This document shows positions 54,415 through 64,000 of a stretch of DNA of 64,000 nt, one piece after another. Position numbers and translations under genes: made by a program. Each line of letters starts with the position of its first letter. Position 1 is the first letter of the stretch. Under the pieces are notes generated by a model. That model saw only the letters and a program-made list of their open reading frames with translations, had not been told where the DNA came from and ran no database searches. The DNA is from an uncultured delta proteobacterium (lineage in GTDB: Bacteria; Desulfobacterota; Binatia; Binatales; Binataceae), in assembly GCA_963842085.1 (NCBI GenBank), contig CAWJET010000001.1, positions 1,536,001-1,600,000 on the forward strand, read 5' to 3'.

Positions 54415-54746
54415 GGCCCTCTTAGAATCGCTAAACGGTGAATCTGAGTTGTATGAATGACTCTGTATTATTTTCATAAATTAAACAATGGCAAATAGTG
54501 TTTTATATACTTTGGCTGACTTTCTTCGAACTGACCGCAGGGATCGGCCAGCGCAATCTACTGGGCTCCGCAGAGTTCACATGTCGAACGCAGCGCCTTC
54601 ACAATAGCTTGCAAACTCTGTCCTGATTGATCTTATGGCCACTTGCTCTGCACTGAGTTGCGTTAAACGTCACAGGCGTGCTAAGCAGGCAACTCGGAAC
54701 TTAGCAGGCAAAAGACGGCCAACGAAAGCGTGAGAGGTTCATTCCA

Positions 54747-55286
54747 ATGTTATCGTCATCTTCATCACGTGTCTCAGGGCCTTGCAGTTGGGCGAGGCCG
54801 TGTCCGAAATGTGCGCTGCTGGAAGTCATTCGCTACCGGTTTAGGGCATTTGAAGCTAAGTTCGGGCGTAAGCCGGCTTCCGATGAGCCGCTATTCTTTG
54901 ACCCGTCAGAGAGCCATCCGGTCCTCGCAAGTCAGACGGAGTTTCGCGAGCAAGTTCGGATCGCAGCTTCCGCGTCCTGCCTAGACGTCGGTCCGATCTA
55001 CGGCCTGCTGGAGGTGGACCAGCGCTCCGTCGAAAAGGAAGGAACTGAAGATTGTCATCGAGATTCGCGAAGTGAGCCTCGCCGGAGGGGATGGCCAGAG
55101 CATCGATATGAGGCAAACCATCCGAGCGCTTGGGAACTGTTCGTCAGAAACAGAAACCTCCACCGCCGTTACGGGATCACCCCCGAAGAACTGACGGTCC
55201 TCTCGAAGGTGCGCAAGCTGGGCGAAGCGCACAACTCGCGCGATCTCCTCTTCATCTTATCTGTGATTCGAAAAAATCAGGGGTAG
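54747..55286 (+). CDS. Hypothetical protein sharing its C-terminal domain with the XRE regulator
   Basis: KFGRKPASDEPLFFDP; C-terminal SAWELF..RDLLFILSVIR aligns with 26063-26227; start uncertain. Confidence 0.7.
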   Translation: MLSSSSSRVSGPCSWARPCPKCALLEVIRYRFRAFEAKFGRKPASDEPLFFDPSESHPVLASQTEFREQVRIAASASCLDVGPIYGLLEVDQRSVEKEGTEDCHRDSRSEPRRRGWPEHRYEANHPSAWELFVRNRNLHRRYGITPEELTVLSKVRKLGEAHNSRDLLFILSVIRKNQG

Positions 55287-55357
55287 CTGGCCGCGCTCGA
55301 CCCTCCAAGCGGGGCCTGCGCAATTCGTAGAGTCGATCTCAAAATTCCGAACTGAAG

Positions 55358-56701
55358 ATGCACTTCAAGTCGTTCACGCGATCAATCGCCGGCCTGATTT
55401 TCTCGCTGTTGTGTCTGCTCGCAGCGTTTGCGCGCCCGGTGTTGGCGAAATCGAATGGCGATGCTTCACGAAGCAGCGACACGCCCGGACTAAGTGAACT
55501 TTCTCTCTTGCCCACGCCGCTGACCTGCAAGCAACTCCGACGGCGACCCCCAATTCAGCAGGGACAGCAGCCCACGGCCTGTGCGCTAGGGCCTCCGCCC
55601 ACTACCCGCGCGATGTTCGTCAGTGATTCCGGCAATGCTCGCGTGCTGGAGTATCTCGCCAATGAGTCGCCGCCGTTCTTCACCACCGGGATGAGTGCAA
55701 ACGTGGTGTTCGGCCAGCCGGATTTCACTAGTTCTGAGCACAACCTGACGCAAACTGGGATGTCAAAGCCGGAGTCGGCGGCTCTCGACGGTTCCGGCGA
55801 CATGTGGTCCGCCGACTTCGACTACGGGCGCGTGCTCGAATTCGTGCCGCCATTCACACCTCCGCCATCGACAGATAGCGCGAACCTGGTAATCGGCGAG
55901 CCGAACTTCACGACCAACAATACCTACAATCCGCCCGAGCCTAGTCAGAGCAACCTGAGCGGGGGCGCGGTCGGGGTCGCATTCGACGGGACCTGCAACA
56001 TGTATGTGTCGGACTTCAGAAGTAACCGGGTTCTGCAGTTCCTTGCGCCATTCTCAAATGGCATGAATGCTAACCTCGTATTCGGCCAGAGCGACTTCAC
56101 GTCGTTCGGCACCGACGACAGCTTGACCGGGTTCCAGGGACCGCAGTTCATCAATTTTGACAACAGTGGAAATCTGTGGGTGGCTGACTACGGCAACGAT
56201 CGAGTGCTCGAGTTCGTGCCGCCATTCGCAGTTCCGCCATCGACAAATAGCGCGAACCTGGCAATAACACTCGTAAGTAAGAGCCCCAGCAGCAATCTGA
56301 GCAAACCCTTCGGAGTTGCCTTCGATGCATGCGGAGACCTATGGGTTGCGGACTCGTCGAATAACCGGGTGCTGGAGTTCCTTCCGCCATACACAAGTGG
56401 AGCGAACCTCGTAGTCGGCCAGAGCGACTTCAGGTCAGGAGACGCCCCCGGCGCCGGTCCTGCGGGCCTCAGCGATCCCAGGGCCGTAGCGTTCGACAGC
56501 GCCGGGTATCTCTATGTGACCGACTACGGCAACAATCGCGTGATGATTTTCGCGCCGCCGTTCACCACCGGGATGAACGCACGTTCTGTGATCGGACAGC
56601 CGGATCTGATGACCACAACCCCGACGACGACGGCGACGGGTCTGACCTCACCGCAGGGAGTAACAATCGGCCCGTGGGTGTTTCCCTTCCTCCGCCGATG
56701 A
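55358..56701 (+). CDS. Secreted NHL-repeat beta-propeller protein
   Basis: Repeated FDxxGNLWVADxxNxRVLEF and VxGQPDF units; signal peptide. Confidence 0.9.
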   Translation: MHFKSFTRSIAGLIFSLLCLLAAFARPVLAKSNGDASRSSDTPGLSELSLLPTPLTCKQLRRRPPIQQGQQPTACALGPPPTTRAMFVSDSGNARVLEYLANESPPFFTTGMSANVVFGQPDFTSSEHNLTQTGMSKPESAALDGSGDMWSADFDYGRVLEFVPPFTPPPSTDSANLVIGEPNFTTNNTYNPPEPSQSNLSGGAVGVAFDGTCNMYVSDFRSNRVLQFLAPFSNGMNANLVFGQSDFTSFGTDDSLTGFQGPQFINFDNSGNLWVADYGNDRVLEFVPPFAVPPSTNSANLAITLVSKSPSSNLSKPFGVAFDACGDLWVADSSNNRVLEFLPPYTSGANLVVGQSDFRSGDAPGAGPAGLSDPRAVAFDSAGYLYVTDYGNNRVMIFAPPFTTGMNARSVIGQPDLMTTTPTTTATGLTSPQGVTIGPWVFPFLRR

Positions 56702-56852
56702 TCCAAACGCTGCTTGTCGGTAAAGAGGAAGTCAGCTTCAACCGTCGATAACGATGATGAACTTTTCCATTCGGCTGGGCAGAGGCATAGGTTTTTCAGG
56801 CGCGCGAGCGATTACAGAGAGAGAAGAAGTCACGAATTGCACGAAGCGCACA

Positions 56853-57345
56853 ATGCAATTGACGTTTGCGATTATGGTGGCCCCGCTTTGGATGTTCGAA
56901 ACCGTGCAACTTTCCGAGGTCTCGGCGGCTGCCGACGGGGGCGCTCCGGCGATGAGCCCGGCGCAGTCCCTCGCACGACTCATGGCGGGCAATCAGCGCT
57001 TCCAGAACGACACGACCGGCCATCCGCTTCTTGACGCTAAGCGGCGCGGGGAACTTGCCGGCGGTCAAGCGCCGTTCGCGGTCATTCTCTCGTGCTCGGA
57101 TTCGCGCGTTCCGCCGGAGCTGATCTTCGACTAGGGGCTCGGCGATCTTTCGTGGAGCGCCTTGCGGGCAACATGTTCACCCGAGCGGGCCTCGAGAGCA
57201 TCGATTACGCGGTCGATCACCTGGGCACCAACTTGATCATGGTGGCGGGTCACGATCACTGCGGCGCGGTCAAAGGCGCGCTCGCCGAGTGCATAGCAAA
57301 CCGCGGCTGGACTGCCCGAAATCTTCGCCAACATCACTCTGGGTT
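56853..57345 (+). pseudogene. Beta-carbonic anhydrase pseudogene
   Basis: GNQRF, GQAP, SCSDSRVPPELIFD, then TAG at 57132 and a frameshift; GHDHCGAV downstream. Confidence 0.9.
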
Positions 57346-57851
57346 GTATCCGGCCGCCGACGTTCGAAACTATCAAGTCAGGCCATTGAGCCGCTCACCC
57401 CGGCCTTTGTAAGAGCGAAACGATCGCCTAAGTGGAGGATGCCTCGGACGCAGCGTGATTCCGACAGAGGCGATGGCGGCCAGATCCGTGAACCCCCGCT
57501 ACGCCGCCGCGCTCGCGGGATGGTACTCTTGATTCCGCCTGTTTTTGGCCCGATGGGAGATCACCTTCGCGCGTTCAACGACCTGAACGCCAAACTCAAC
57601 CGATGGGATATCTGGCCTTACTTGTTAGAAGCCGACTCCTCGGCAGTTTCGCATTTCAGAAGGGCGAACCGCTCACGTCGAATCTCCCACCCCGCCTCAA
57701 GTTGGCGCCAGCCAACGATTCAGCCGGGATCGCCTCTATCGCGAATATCCGCACCCAAATATCGAGCCCAGCCGATAAGAGAGACCATTCCCGCACGGCG
57801 CGCTCGCAGAAAGACGCGCTCGGACGGCGCGTTTCCGCGGCGCTAAAGAGG

Positions 57852-59207
57852 TCAAACTGCCCCGGCCTCCTTGAGTCTGCCCTCGAACAGGCCGCGAATC
57901 TGGTTGAGCTCGTAATCGTTGGTAGCTTCGAATCGCATTACAAGCGCGGGTTGGGTGTTTGAAGCGCGCACGAGTCCCCAGCCGTTGGGGAACTTCACTC
58001 TGGCGCCATCGAGCTCCACTACTTCATAGCGCGACCTGAAATACTCGGCGAGCTCATTGACGACGGCAAACTTTCTATCGTCTGGGCAGTCGACCCTGAT
58101 CTCGGGTGTGATGCTGGTCCGTGGCAGGTCCGACAGCAGCGTGCCGAGGCTCTCACCCGAGCCTTCGAGAATCTCGAGCAGACGAAATGAAGCGTAAATG
58201 GCGTCGTCAAATCCGTAGTAGCGATCCGCGAAAAACATGTGGCCGCTCATTTCACCCGCCAGCACTGCGCACTCTTCTTTAAGCTTGCTCTTCAACAGAG
58301 AATGGCCGGTCTTCCACATGATTGGGCGGCCGCCATGGAGCGCTATGTCATTGTACATTCGATCCGAACACTTGACCTCGCCGATGATCGCCGCGCCCGG
58401 CCGCGTCCTTAAGATCGAGCGCGAATATGCGACTAGCAGCTCGTCACCCGATACGATGGTTCCGTGTTCATCGACCGCGCCGATGCGGTCGGCATCTCCG
58501 TCGTATGCAATTCCAATGTCGGCTTTGCGCTCCTTAACGGCGGCGATGAGGTCGCGCATATTGCTTTCGACGGTTGGATCGGGATGGTGGTTTGGGAATC
58601 GGCCGTCCATCTCGATGTACAAACCGGTGACATCGAAACCCATCTCCCGCATCAACGGGACCGCGACGAATCCACCGCAGCCGTTGCCGGCGTCGACCAC
58701 GACCTTGAGCGGCCGTTTAAAGCTGAAGTTCTCGCGGATGAACTGACTATAATCAGGAAGGACCGGACGCTCGGTCAGCATGCCTCGGCGGCCACTGCGC
58801 AGAAAATCGCGCTGCTCGATTATCCGTCGAACCTTTTGGATTTCGTCACCGAAGATGGTCGTGGGGCCCACTCCGAGCTTGAAGCCGTTGAACTCGGCCG
58901 CGTTGTGGCTGCCGGTGATCATTACCCCGCCGTCCATCTTCCAGTGCGGCACAGAAAAATAGAGCAGCGGCGTGGGCACTATTCCGACCTGCACGACGTT
59001 GATTCCGGCGGGAAGCAGCCCATCCAGCAACAGCCCGCAAAGCCTATCCGACGAGAGTCGACAGTCCCGACCCAACCTAACAGTTGACTTGCCGGCCCGC
59101 TGTAGAATCGTAGCATAGGCACGACCCAGGTCGACTACGAAATCATCGTCGAAATCGGTCTCCACCACTCCGCGGATGTCATATTCGCGGAACACCAATG
59201 GATTCAT
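57852..59207 (-). CDS. Phosphomannomutase/phosphoglucomutase
   Basis: FREYDIRG, ITGSHN, DGDADR, GEMSGH, LVRASNTQP. Confidence 0.96.
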   Translation of the reverse strand: MNPLVFREYDIRGVVETDFDDDFVVDLGRAYATILQRAGKSTVRLGRDCRLSSDRLCGLLLDGLLPAGINVVQVGIVPTPLLYFSVPHWKMDGGVMITGSHNAAEFNGFKLGVGPTTIFGDEIQKVRRIIEQRDFLRSGRRGMLTERPVLPDYSQFIRENFSFKRPLKVVVDAGNGCGGFVAVPLMREMGFDVTGLYIEMDGRFPNHHPDPTVESNMRDLIAAVKERKADIGIAYDGDADRIGAVDEHGTIVSGDELLVAYSRSILRTRPGAAIIGEVKCSDRMYNDIALHGGRPIMWKTGHSLLKSKLKEECAVLAGEMSGHMFFADRYYGFDDAIYASFRLLEILEGSGESLGTLLSDLPRTSITPEIRVDCPDDRKFAVVNELAEYFRSRYEVVELDGARVKFPNGWGLVRASNTQPALVMRFEATNDYELNQIRGLFEGRLKEAGAV

Positions 59208-59290
59208 CGTAACCCCCTTTTTCCGAATTCATCGGCGACCGCGCGACGGCCTCCCGATCATATGCTCCACTCGCAAGGTGCGGTCCACGC

Positions 59291-59584
59291 CTACTTCGCG
59301 ACGCCGTCGCGGGAGTTTCTTGCCTTCTGGTCGAGCCATTGCCTGATGTTACCGGTCTGGAATCGCCAATCGTTGCCCACTTTGAAGCCGGGTATCTCTT
59401 TGCGCTTTAGCATGCGGTAGATGGTTGAAGGATGAACCCGCAGAAGTTCTGATATCTCCTCGACAGTCAAGATCTCCGGAAGCCGCGGTTCGGGATTTTT
59501 TTTCATAACGGCTCCACTGGACCTATCGTCAACGTTGCTGTAGACCTTGCGGACGTCTCCCCGCGAATCGACTTTTGCCTCCAT
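59291..59584 (-). CDS. Excisionase-like HTH DNA-binding protein
   Basis: ILTVEEISELLRVHPSTIYRMLKRKEIPGFKVGNDWRF; RBS GGAGGAGG. Confidence 0.88.
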   Translation of the reverse strand: MEAKVDSRGDVRKVYSNVDDRSSGAVMKKNPEPRLPEILTVEEISELLRVHPSTIYRMLKRKEIPGFKVGNDWRFQTGNIRQWLDQKARNSRDGVAK

Positions 59585-59619
59585 CCTTCCTCCTCCCATA
59601 GGTTAGTCGCAGAGCGGGG

Positions 59620-59985
59620 TTAGTCGCCTTTTTCAATCCGATGCGAGTCGCTGTTGAAGTGCTGGGTGGAGAACTCGAATAACTCGGCGTCTTCCAAAGC
59701 CAACATCTGGTGAACCAGTCCCGGTTCGATGTCCATGCATTCACCGGGATTCAGTTCGAATTCCTCAATTTCAGATGACTCGGGGGACGACTTGACGCGA
59801 ACCTTCAATTTGCCGGCGCGTAGGTAGAACGATTCAGTTTTGAGTTCATGAAAGTGGAGCGAACAGCGCCGGCCTTTTGCGAGCTCGAGAATCTTGCCGC
59901 AGTAGAGTTCATTGTTCACGATCCATATCTCCCGGCCCCAGCCTTTTGGCTCGATGTGCACCGGTTTGCGAATTCTGTTATTCAT
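59620..59985 (-). CDS. Cupin-domain protein, paralog of 6183-6545
   Basis: PKGWGRE, CSLHFHELKTESFY, EDAELFEFSTQHF shared with the first copy. Confidence 0.87.
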   Translation of the reverse strand: MNNRIRKPVHIEPKGWGREIWIVNNELYCGKILELAKGRRCSLHFHELKTESFYLRAGKLKVRVKSSPESSEIEEFELNPGECMDIEPGLVHQMLALEDAELFEFSTQHFNSDSHRIEKGD

Positions 59986-60040
59986 TTGTGATTCCTGGGC
60001 GATATGTGAATCGCCAATTGTTTACTCGAAGGTAGCTCGC

Positions 60041-61705
60041 CTACCCAGCTGCGCTTGCGGTCGATGCCACCGACCCGCGCCACAACTTTGCGCCGTCGGA
60101 TCGTCGACTCCAGACTACGAAGTGGTCACCCTTCCACGTTGGCTCGAAGTCGCGGCGAACCTGGCGCCCGATCGCCGGCGAAGTGTCGAGGATCGAAATC
60201 TGCCAGTTTGGTATGACAATCATTGAGGCCGATCGAAGCTGCGCGAGCTTGCGGTTCACGTCGCCGATCGAGCTCGCACCGGGCGCGAGCAGGGCGGTAA
60301 CCGGTGGGCTAAACTCTGGAAAAAGCAAGTCGCCACAACCAAACCATTCCAGCAATACCGTGCGGTGTCCGCGAATCTTCGCCAGTACTTCGGACCATTC
60401 GGCGCGCTCTTGGGACGTGGACCAGAGTCCAGCAGTTTGCGGGTCGGGCGCAGACGACGACCACAACCGATAGGTGAATCCGTTGCCCTGGCTCGCGTCG
60501 AACAGGGGTGAAATCTTTGGGCTGACCGCGGCGCTCGCCGTGCCAGGCATGACAAACCGCTCAACCAACAGCTTGTTGACTTTGACCAGTGGAAACGAAA
60601 CAGCTACGAGCGCGACCAGATACTTCCAGGGGACCGACAAGACGGTAGCCGCGGCAAGGCCGATAGCGAGTACATAGAAGTAGTAAGTCCAAGAATACTG
60701 ATTGCCGAAAAACATACAGATGAAGCCCAGCTGAAGCAGGGCGCAGGTCAGAACTATTTCTTCCGCGCGGGCGCGCGTCGTTTGGAGCCCGGTGCCGATC
60801 AAAAGTCGATAACCTGCAACTGCGCCTGCGCCCGCCAGGAGCAGCGTTGCAGTCAACCAAGGCCCCGCCACGTTGGTGACGTAGTAGAGCCAGGAAGTTC
60901 CCGGCGGCGACCAGAACAAGCGGCCACTTTGAAAGAAGCCAAAGTGTCCTTCGCTATAGATCTTGATTCCGCCCAACGGAAAGGTCGAATTTAACACCGG
61001 CAGCACACCAAAGAACGCTACCAGAATGGCTGCGATGCCAAGCCCGGCAATCGCCGGTGGTCTGATAGCTTGCTGCAAGACTTGCCACAGTGCGTGGCGC
61101 CTTAGGCCATCGGACAGCACAAAGGCGAGGAGAATCAAACCATAGAGGTAAGCCATGCTCGGCTTGACGAAGACACAGGCGGTGGCAAGCGCGAGCGCCG
61201 CGCCGCGGTTTCCGCGCGCCTGGTAAGCCAGTGCGTGGCCCAACAGAACGGGCTCCACAATGTGAGTAAGGTGCAGGTAATTTGAAGGAATCGTCAGCGG
61301 TGCGGTCAGTGCCAAGATAAAAATTCCCACCAGGTTGAGCTTGAGCGCCTTCGCCAACCTGACCAACGCCCAGATCAGAAGAAGGTCGGCTACGGGAACC
61401 GCCGCGATGCAGGCCTCCGGAGACAGTCCAAAGACGCCGAACCAGATTCGCCCCGCTAACAGGGTAAGCAACCCGTAGATATAGGCAAAGTCGACGGTGG
61501 GGCGGAGACCCTGCCTGATCAGATATTGCTGAGTGAGATTCGCGCCCGTGTCGAAGAACGCGAAATTATCGAACTGCATCGATCCAGCAAACCTGATTAG
61601 AAAGAAAGCGGCGGCTTCGAACGTGAGCAAACCAAACAGGAGTTCCCCATACCGATAGCTGCGCACTTTCCGAACTGAAAATGTCGTTAAGCTAACAGCG
61701 ACCAT
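60041..61705 (-). CDS. Polytopic membrane protein (possible GT-C fold)
   Basis: 554 aa with many TM segments; loop FFDTGANL..GLRPTVDFAYIYGLL; VKPS motif. Confidence 0.78.
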   Translation of the reverse strand: MVAVSLTTFSVRKVRSYRYGELLFGLLTFEAAAFFLIRFAGSMQFDNFAFFDTGANLTQQYLIRQGLRPTVDFAYIYGLLTLLAGRIWFGVFGLSPEACIAAVPVADLLLIWALVRLAKALKLNLVGIFILALTAPLTIPSNYLHLTHIVEPVLLGHALAYQARGNRGAALALATACVFVKPSMAYLYGLILLAFVLSDGLRRHALWQVLQQAIRPPAIAGLGIAAILVAFFGVLPVLNSTFPLGGIKIYSEGHFGFFQSGRLFWSPPGTSWLYYVTNVAGPWLTATLLLAGAGAVAGYRLLIGTGLQTTRARAEEIVLTCALLQLGFICMFFGNQYSWTYYFYVLAIGLAAATVLSVPWKYLVALVAVSFPLVKVNKLLVERFVMPGTASAAVSPKISPLFDASQGNGFTYRLWSSSAPDPQTAGLWSTSQERAEWSEVLAKIRGHRTVLLEWFGCGDLLFPEFSPPVTALLAPGASSIGDVNRKLAQLRSASMIVIPNWQISILDTSPAIGRQVRRDFEPTWKGDHFVVWSRRSDGAKLWRGSVASTASAAG

Positions 61706-63194
61706 GTTTGGCGATTCCCTTGTATGCGGGTTTTGCTAGCCTAACCTTGAGAGGAGCCAATGACATGTAGGGCAGCCTCTGCATCGATTTTCGTGGCGCG
61801 AGGACCCTACAGTCGAACAACCGCGCCAGTCGCAGCGAGTTGAATACTTCGAATCAAGAAGTCCTACACAGGTTTAATGCGCTCAAGTTAAATTGACTTT
61901 ACTTTGCTTCACTCGGTTTAACACGCAGAGCTCGATAACGCAATAACTTGAAGGCTAATCTTTGAAATCAGCTCGAAACTTAAGTTTCTCACCTGGTACT
62001 TGAACGCCCGCGGTGTCCGACGGCACGCGGAGTTGAGTTGGCTTGACGAAGGGCTGCGTTCAACCTCAGCGGTTTTGCGCGTTCTCGCTCCAGCTGAATT
62101 CAGCCGCGCGGCGCCGGCCACTAAGCTGCCTAGGGCCGGAGCTCAGGTTGACATGGCGCTCAAAGAGCAAAGCGACGGTCTGGCACGTCCATTGCTTCCC
62201 GTTGGCGGGCGGGCAGTGGTTTCCACCGCTTCGAGCCCCACCTCTTTGAACCTGCCACCCGCTTGCCACGACCGCGGTGCCGCTTGCCTGGCTCTGGCTA
62301 CGAGAAGTCCAAATTCCTCCCGGGCAGATGTCACCGAGACTGGAGCAGCGCGCCGGTACACGGCCGAGAAGATTGACCGTTCGATAGGCGGAAGACGATG
62401 ATCCGCTCGCTGATGCGAGCCGCCTCCGCTTGGGTGTGAGCAAGAGCACCACCACTTCAACCGCGCCACCGGAAATTTTTCGAGCAAGCGCCTCGAGCAC
62501 TCAAATCAGCACCTCGACGACCTTAGTGCCGCCGACGTGCAGCAATTCCAGACCAGCGCCCCAGTTTTGTGGCCGAGCAAAGCCGCCGGTTCGGCCAGAT
62601 TTCCATCAAGACTTGGTGGATCCGCAGCCACGACTGCGTTCGCCCACGGCCGGTGCGGGAAACTTGAGCTAGGCGACACATTCTGCGCTACTTACCCTGG
62701 GTAACTTTCGCCATTAGCGGAAAGCCCTCAAGACCGTCGGTGAAGCGATTCCGTTGGGACGGCCGTAACGTCTTACTTAACGCGCTGGACACACCGAATT
62801 GATGTACTCATGTTGATTAATTTTTCCTTTAGTTCATACTGGTTGCACTGGAAATGCCATACGCGTACCGTCGGCTATGACACAAGCTAGTCGTCCGACC
62901 GGCCAGTTTCGGCGAAAGCTTGCGGGCTCCCACTCCGGGCCTGGCAAGCCGGCACACGAGGGCGGATGGCCCTGGCCCCTCGGCATTTCGCTGCGCAGCG
63001 CGCGCTTGGGTCAGCGCGTCGAACCTCAAGCAGACTCCTCGGCCATGATTTCCTTGCGACCTAAAAGACCGGTGCGATTCGCGCGAACCTGCCGGACCAT
63101 GAAAATTGCGAACTCTGCCGCGGCCGCGCGGACGATGCCTGCCATGAACCTGATTCAACCAGCAGCCGACAATTCAATTGGGCTTCGAACCGCC

Positions 63195-63671
63195 ATGGAA
63201 GCTCGGCATGGTGCCTGCGGTCTCGCACCGACATGGCCCGGACTCGTTTTCCGCCTATGGCTGTTATTCGCTGCTGAGCTGCTGATCGTCGCGGCATTAT
63301 CCATTCCAAAGGCGCTGTCATTCAACCTTTGGTTATTTGAAGATCCTAGGGCGATCCTTGCCACAAACTTTCTGATCACAAAGGGCTATCAGCCGGCGGT
63401 GGACTTTGGTTACATCCATGGTCTCTTGCCGCTTTTTTCGATGCGTGGGTGGGCGCTCTTTGGCACCGGTGCAATCTCGGCGTGCGCCGCGATGCTGGAG
63501 TCAGCCTTGCTTGCGGCATGGGGGTTCGCATGTCCTTCAGCCGGGTTGCGACTTGGTTGGCCGGGCAGAACACTGATCGTGCTGATCATACCGTTTTCCA
63601 TAATTGTCGTTCCGCCCGACGTCGTGCATATTATCGAGCCGCGCGCTAACGCTAATTGGTTAGACAATTGA
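63195..63671 (+). pseudogene. Truncated paralog of the 60041-61705 membrane protein
   Basis: LFEDPRAIL..GYQPAVDFGYIHGLL, HIIEP, then premature stop. Confidence 0.65.
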
Positions 63672-64000
63672 ACGGTGTTCTTGCTCGCCACAGGTCCGTA
63701 GACACTAGTGCGCGCCCTGATATCCACGCGTGCTCAGTATCCTGCGTCGATCGTAGCGGTGCGGTTGACCCGCGGCGGCTGTTCGGAACCTTTCTGTTTT
63801 TCACTGTCGAACTGGTGATCCTTCTGATTCTTCAGCGACCAATCCTGTTTGGTTTTGATAACTATTTGTTTCGTGACTGGGGCTCCAACTTGGTGGCACA
63901 CTACCTGGTCTCCATTGGTCTGCGGCCCAACATCGGATTTGGTTACAACTACGGTCTGCTCGGTCTGCTGTTGGGAGGTGCTTGCTTCGACTTTATCGGT
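63668..64000 (+). CDS. Third paralog of the same membrane family, partial (runs off window; start uncertain)
   Basis: Manual translation FDNYLFRDWGSNL..GLRPNIGFGYNYGLL. Confidence 0.65.
   Translation, partial: MNGVLARHRSVDTSARPDIHACSVSCVDRSGAVDPRRLFGTFLFFTVELVILLILQRPILFGFDNYLFRDWGSNLVAHYLVSIGLRPNIGFGYNYGLLGLLLGGACFDFIG

Noticed and set aside
59291-59584. Excisionase as evidence of a prophage
   Set aside because: No integrase or structural phage genes nearby; stand-alone HTH_17-type proteins are common

Overview
High-GC bacterial window, probably from a Candidatus Binatota/Binataceae-like soil bacterium (an impression from gene style, not verified). Positions 1-6.5 kb look like core genome: NAD-dependent epimerase, metH, yjbQ, gmd and a cupin. 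Positions ~6.7-57.8 kb are a mosaic accessory region rich in IS remnants. It contains (i) an acyl-CoA dehydrogenase/ACP/PLP decarboxylase/MetA/MetY cluster, (ii) an apparently intact IS3 and integrative-element debris, (iii) a PQQ-type beta-propeller, a MazF-type toxin-antitoxin pair, an XRE regulator, and a TonB receptor followed by an unannotated 49-aa PqqA-like precursor, (iv) three paralogous large secreted proteins sharing a ~710-aa CxxCH-containing C-terminal module behind swapped N-terminal modules, two of them in a ~2.5 kb inverted duplication, and (v) a GMC/AKR pair, an exosortase E with a tiny APELD-CTERM substrate, an NHL-repeat protein and a carbonic anhydrase pseudogene. The right end has PMM/PGM, an HTH protein, a second cupin and a family of polytopic membrane proteins. 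No rRNA, tRNA or CRISPR array was seen. All calls come from motif recognition by eye; no searches were run.
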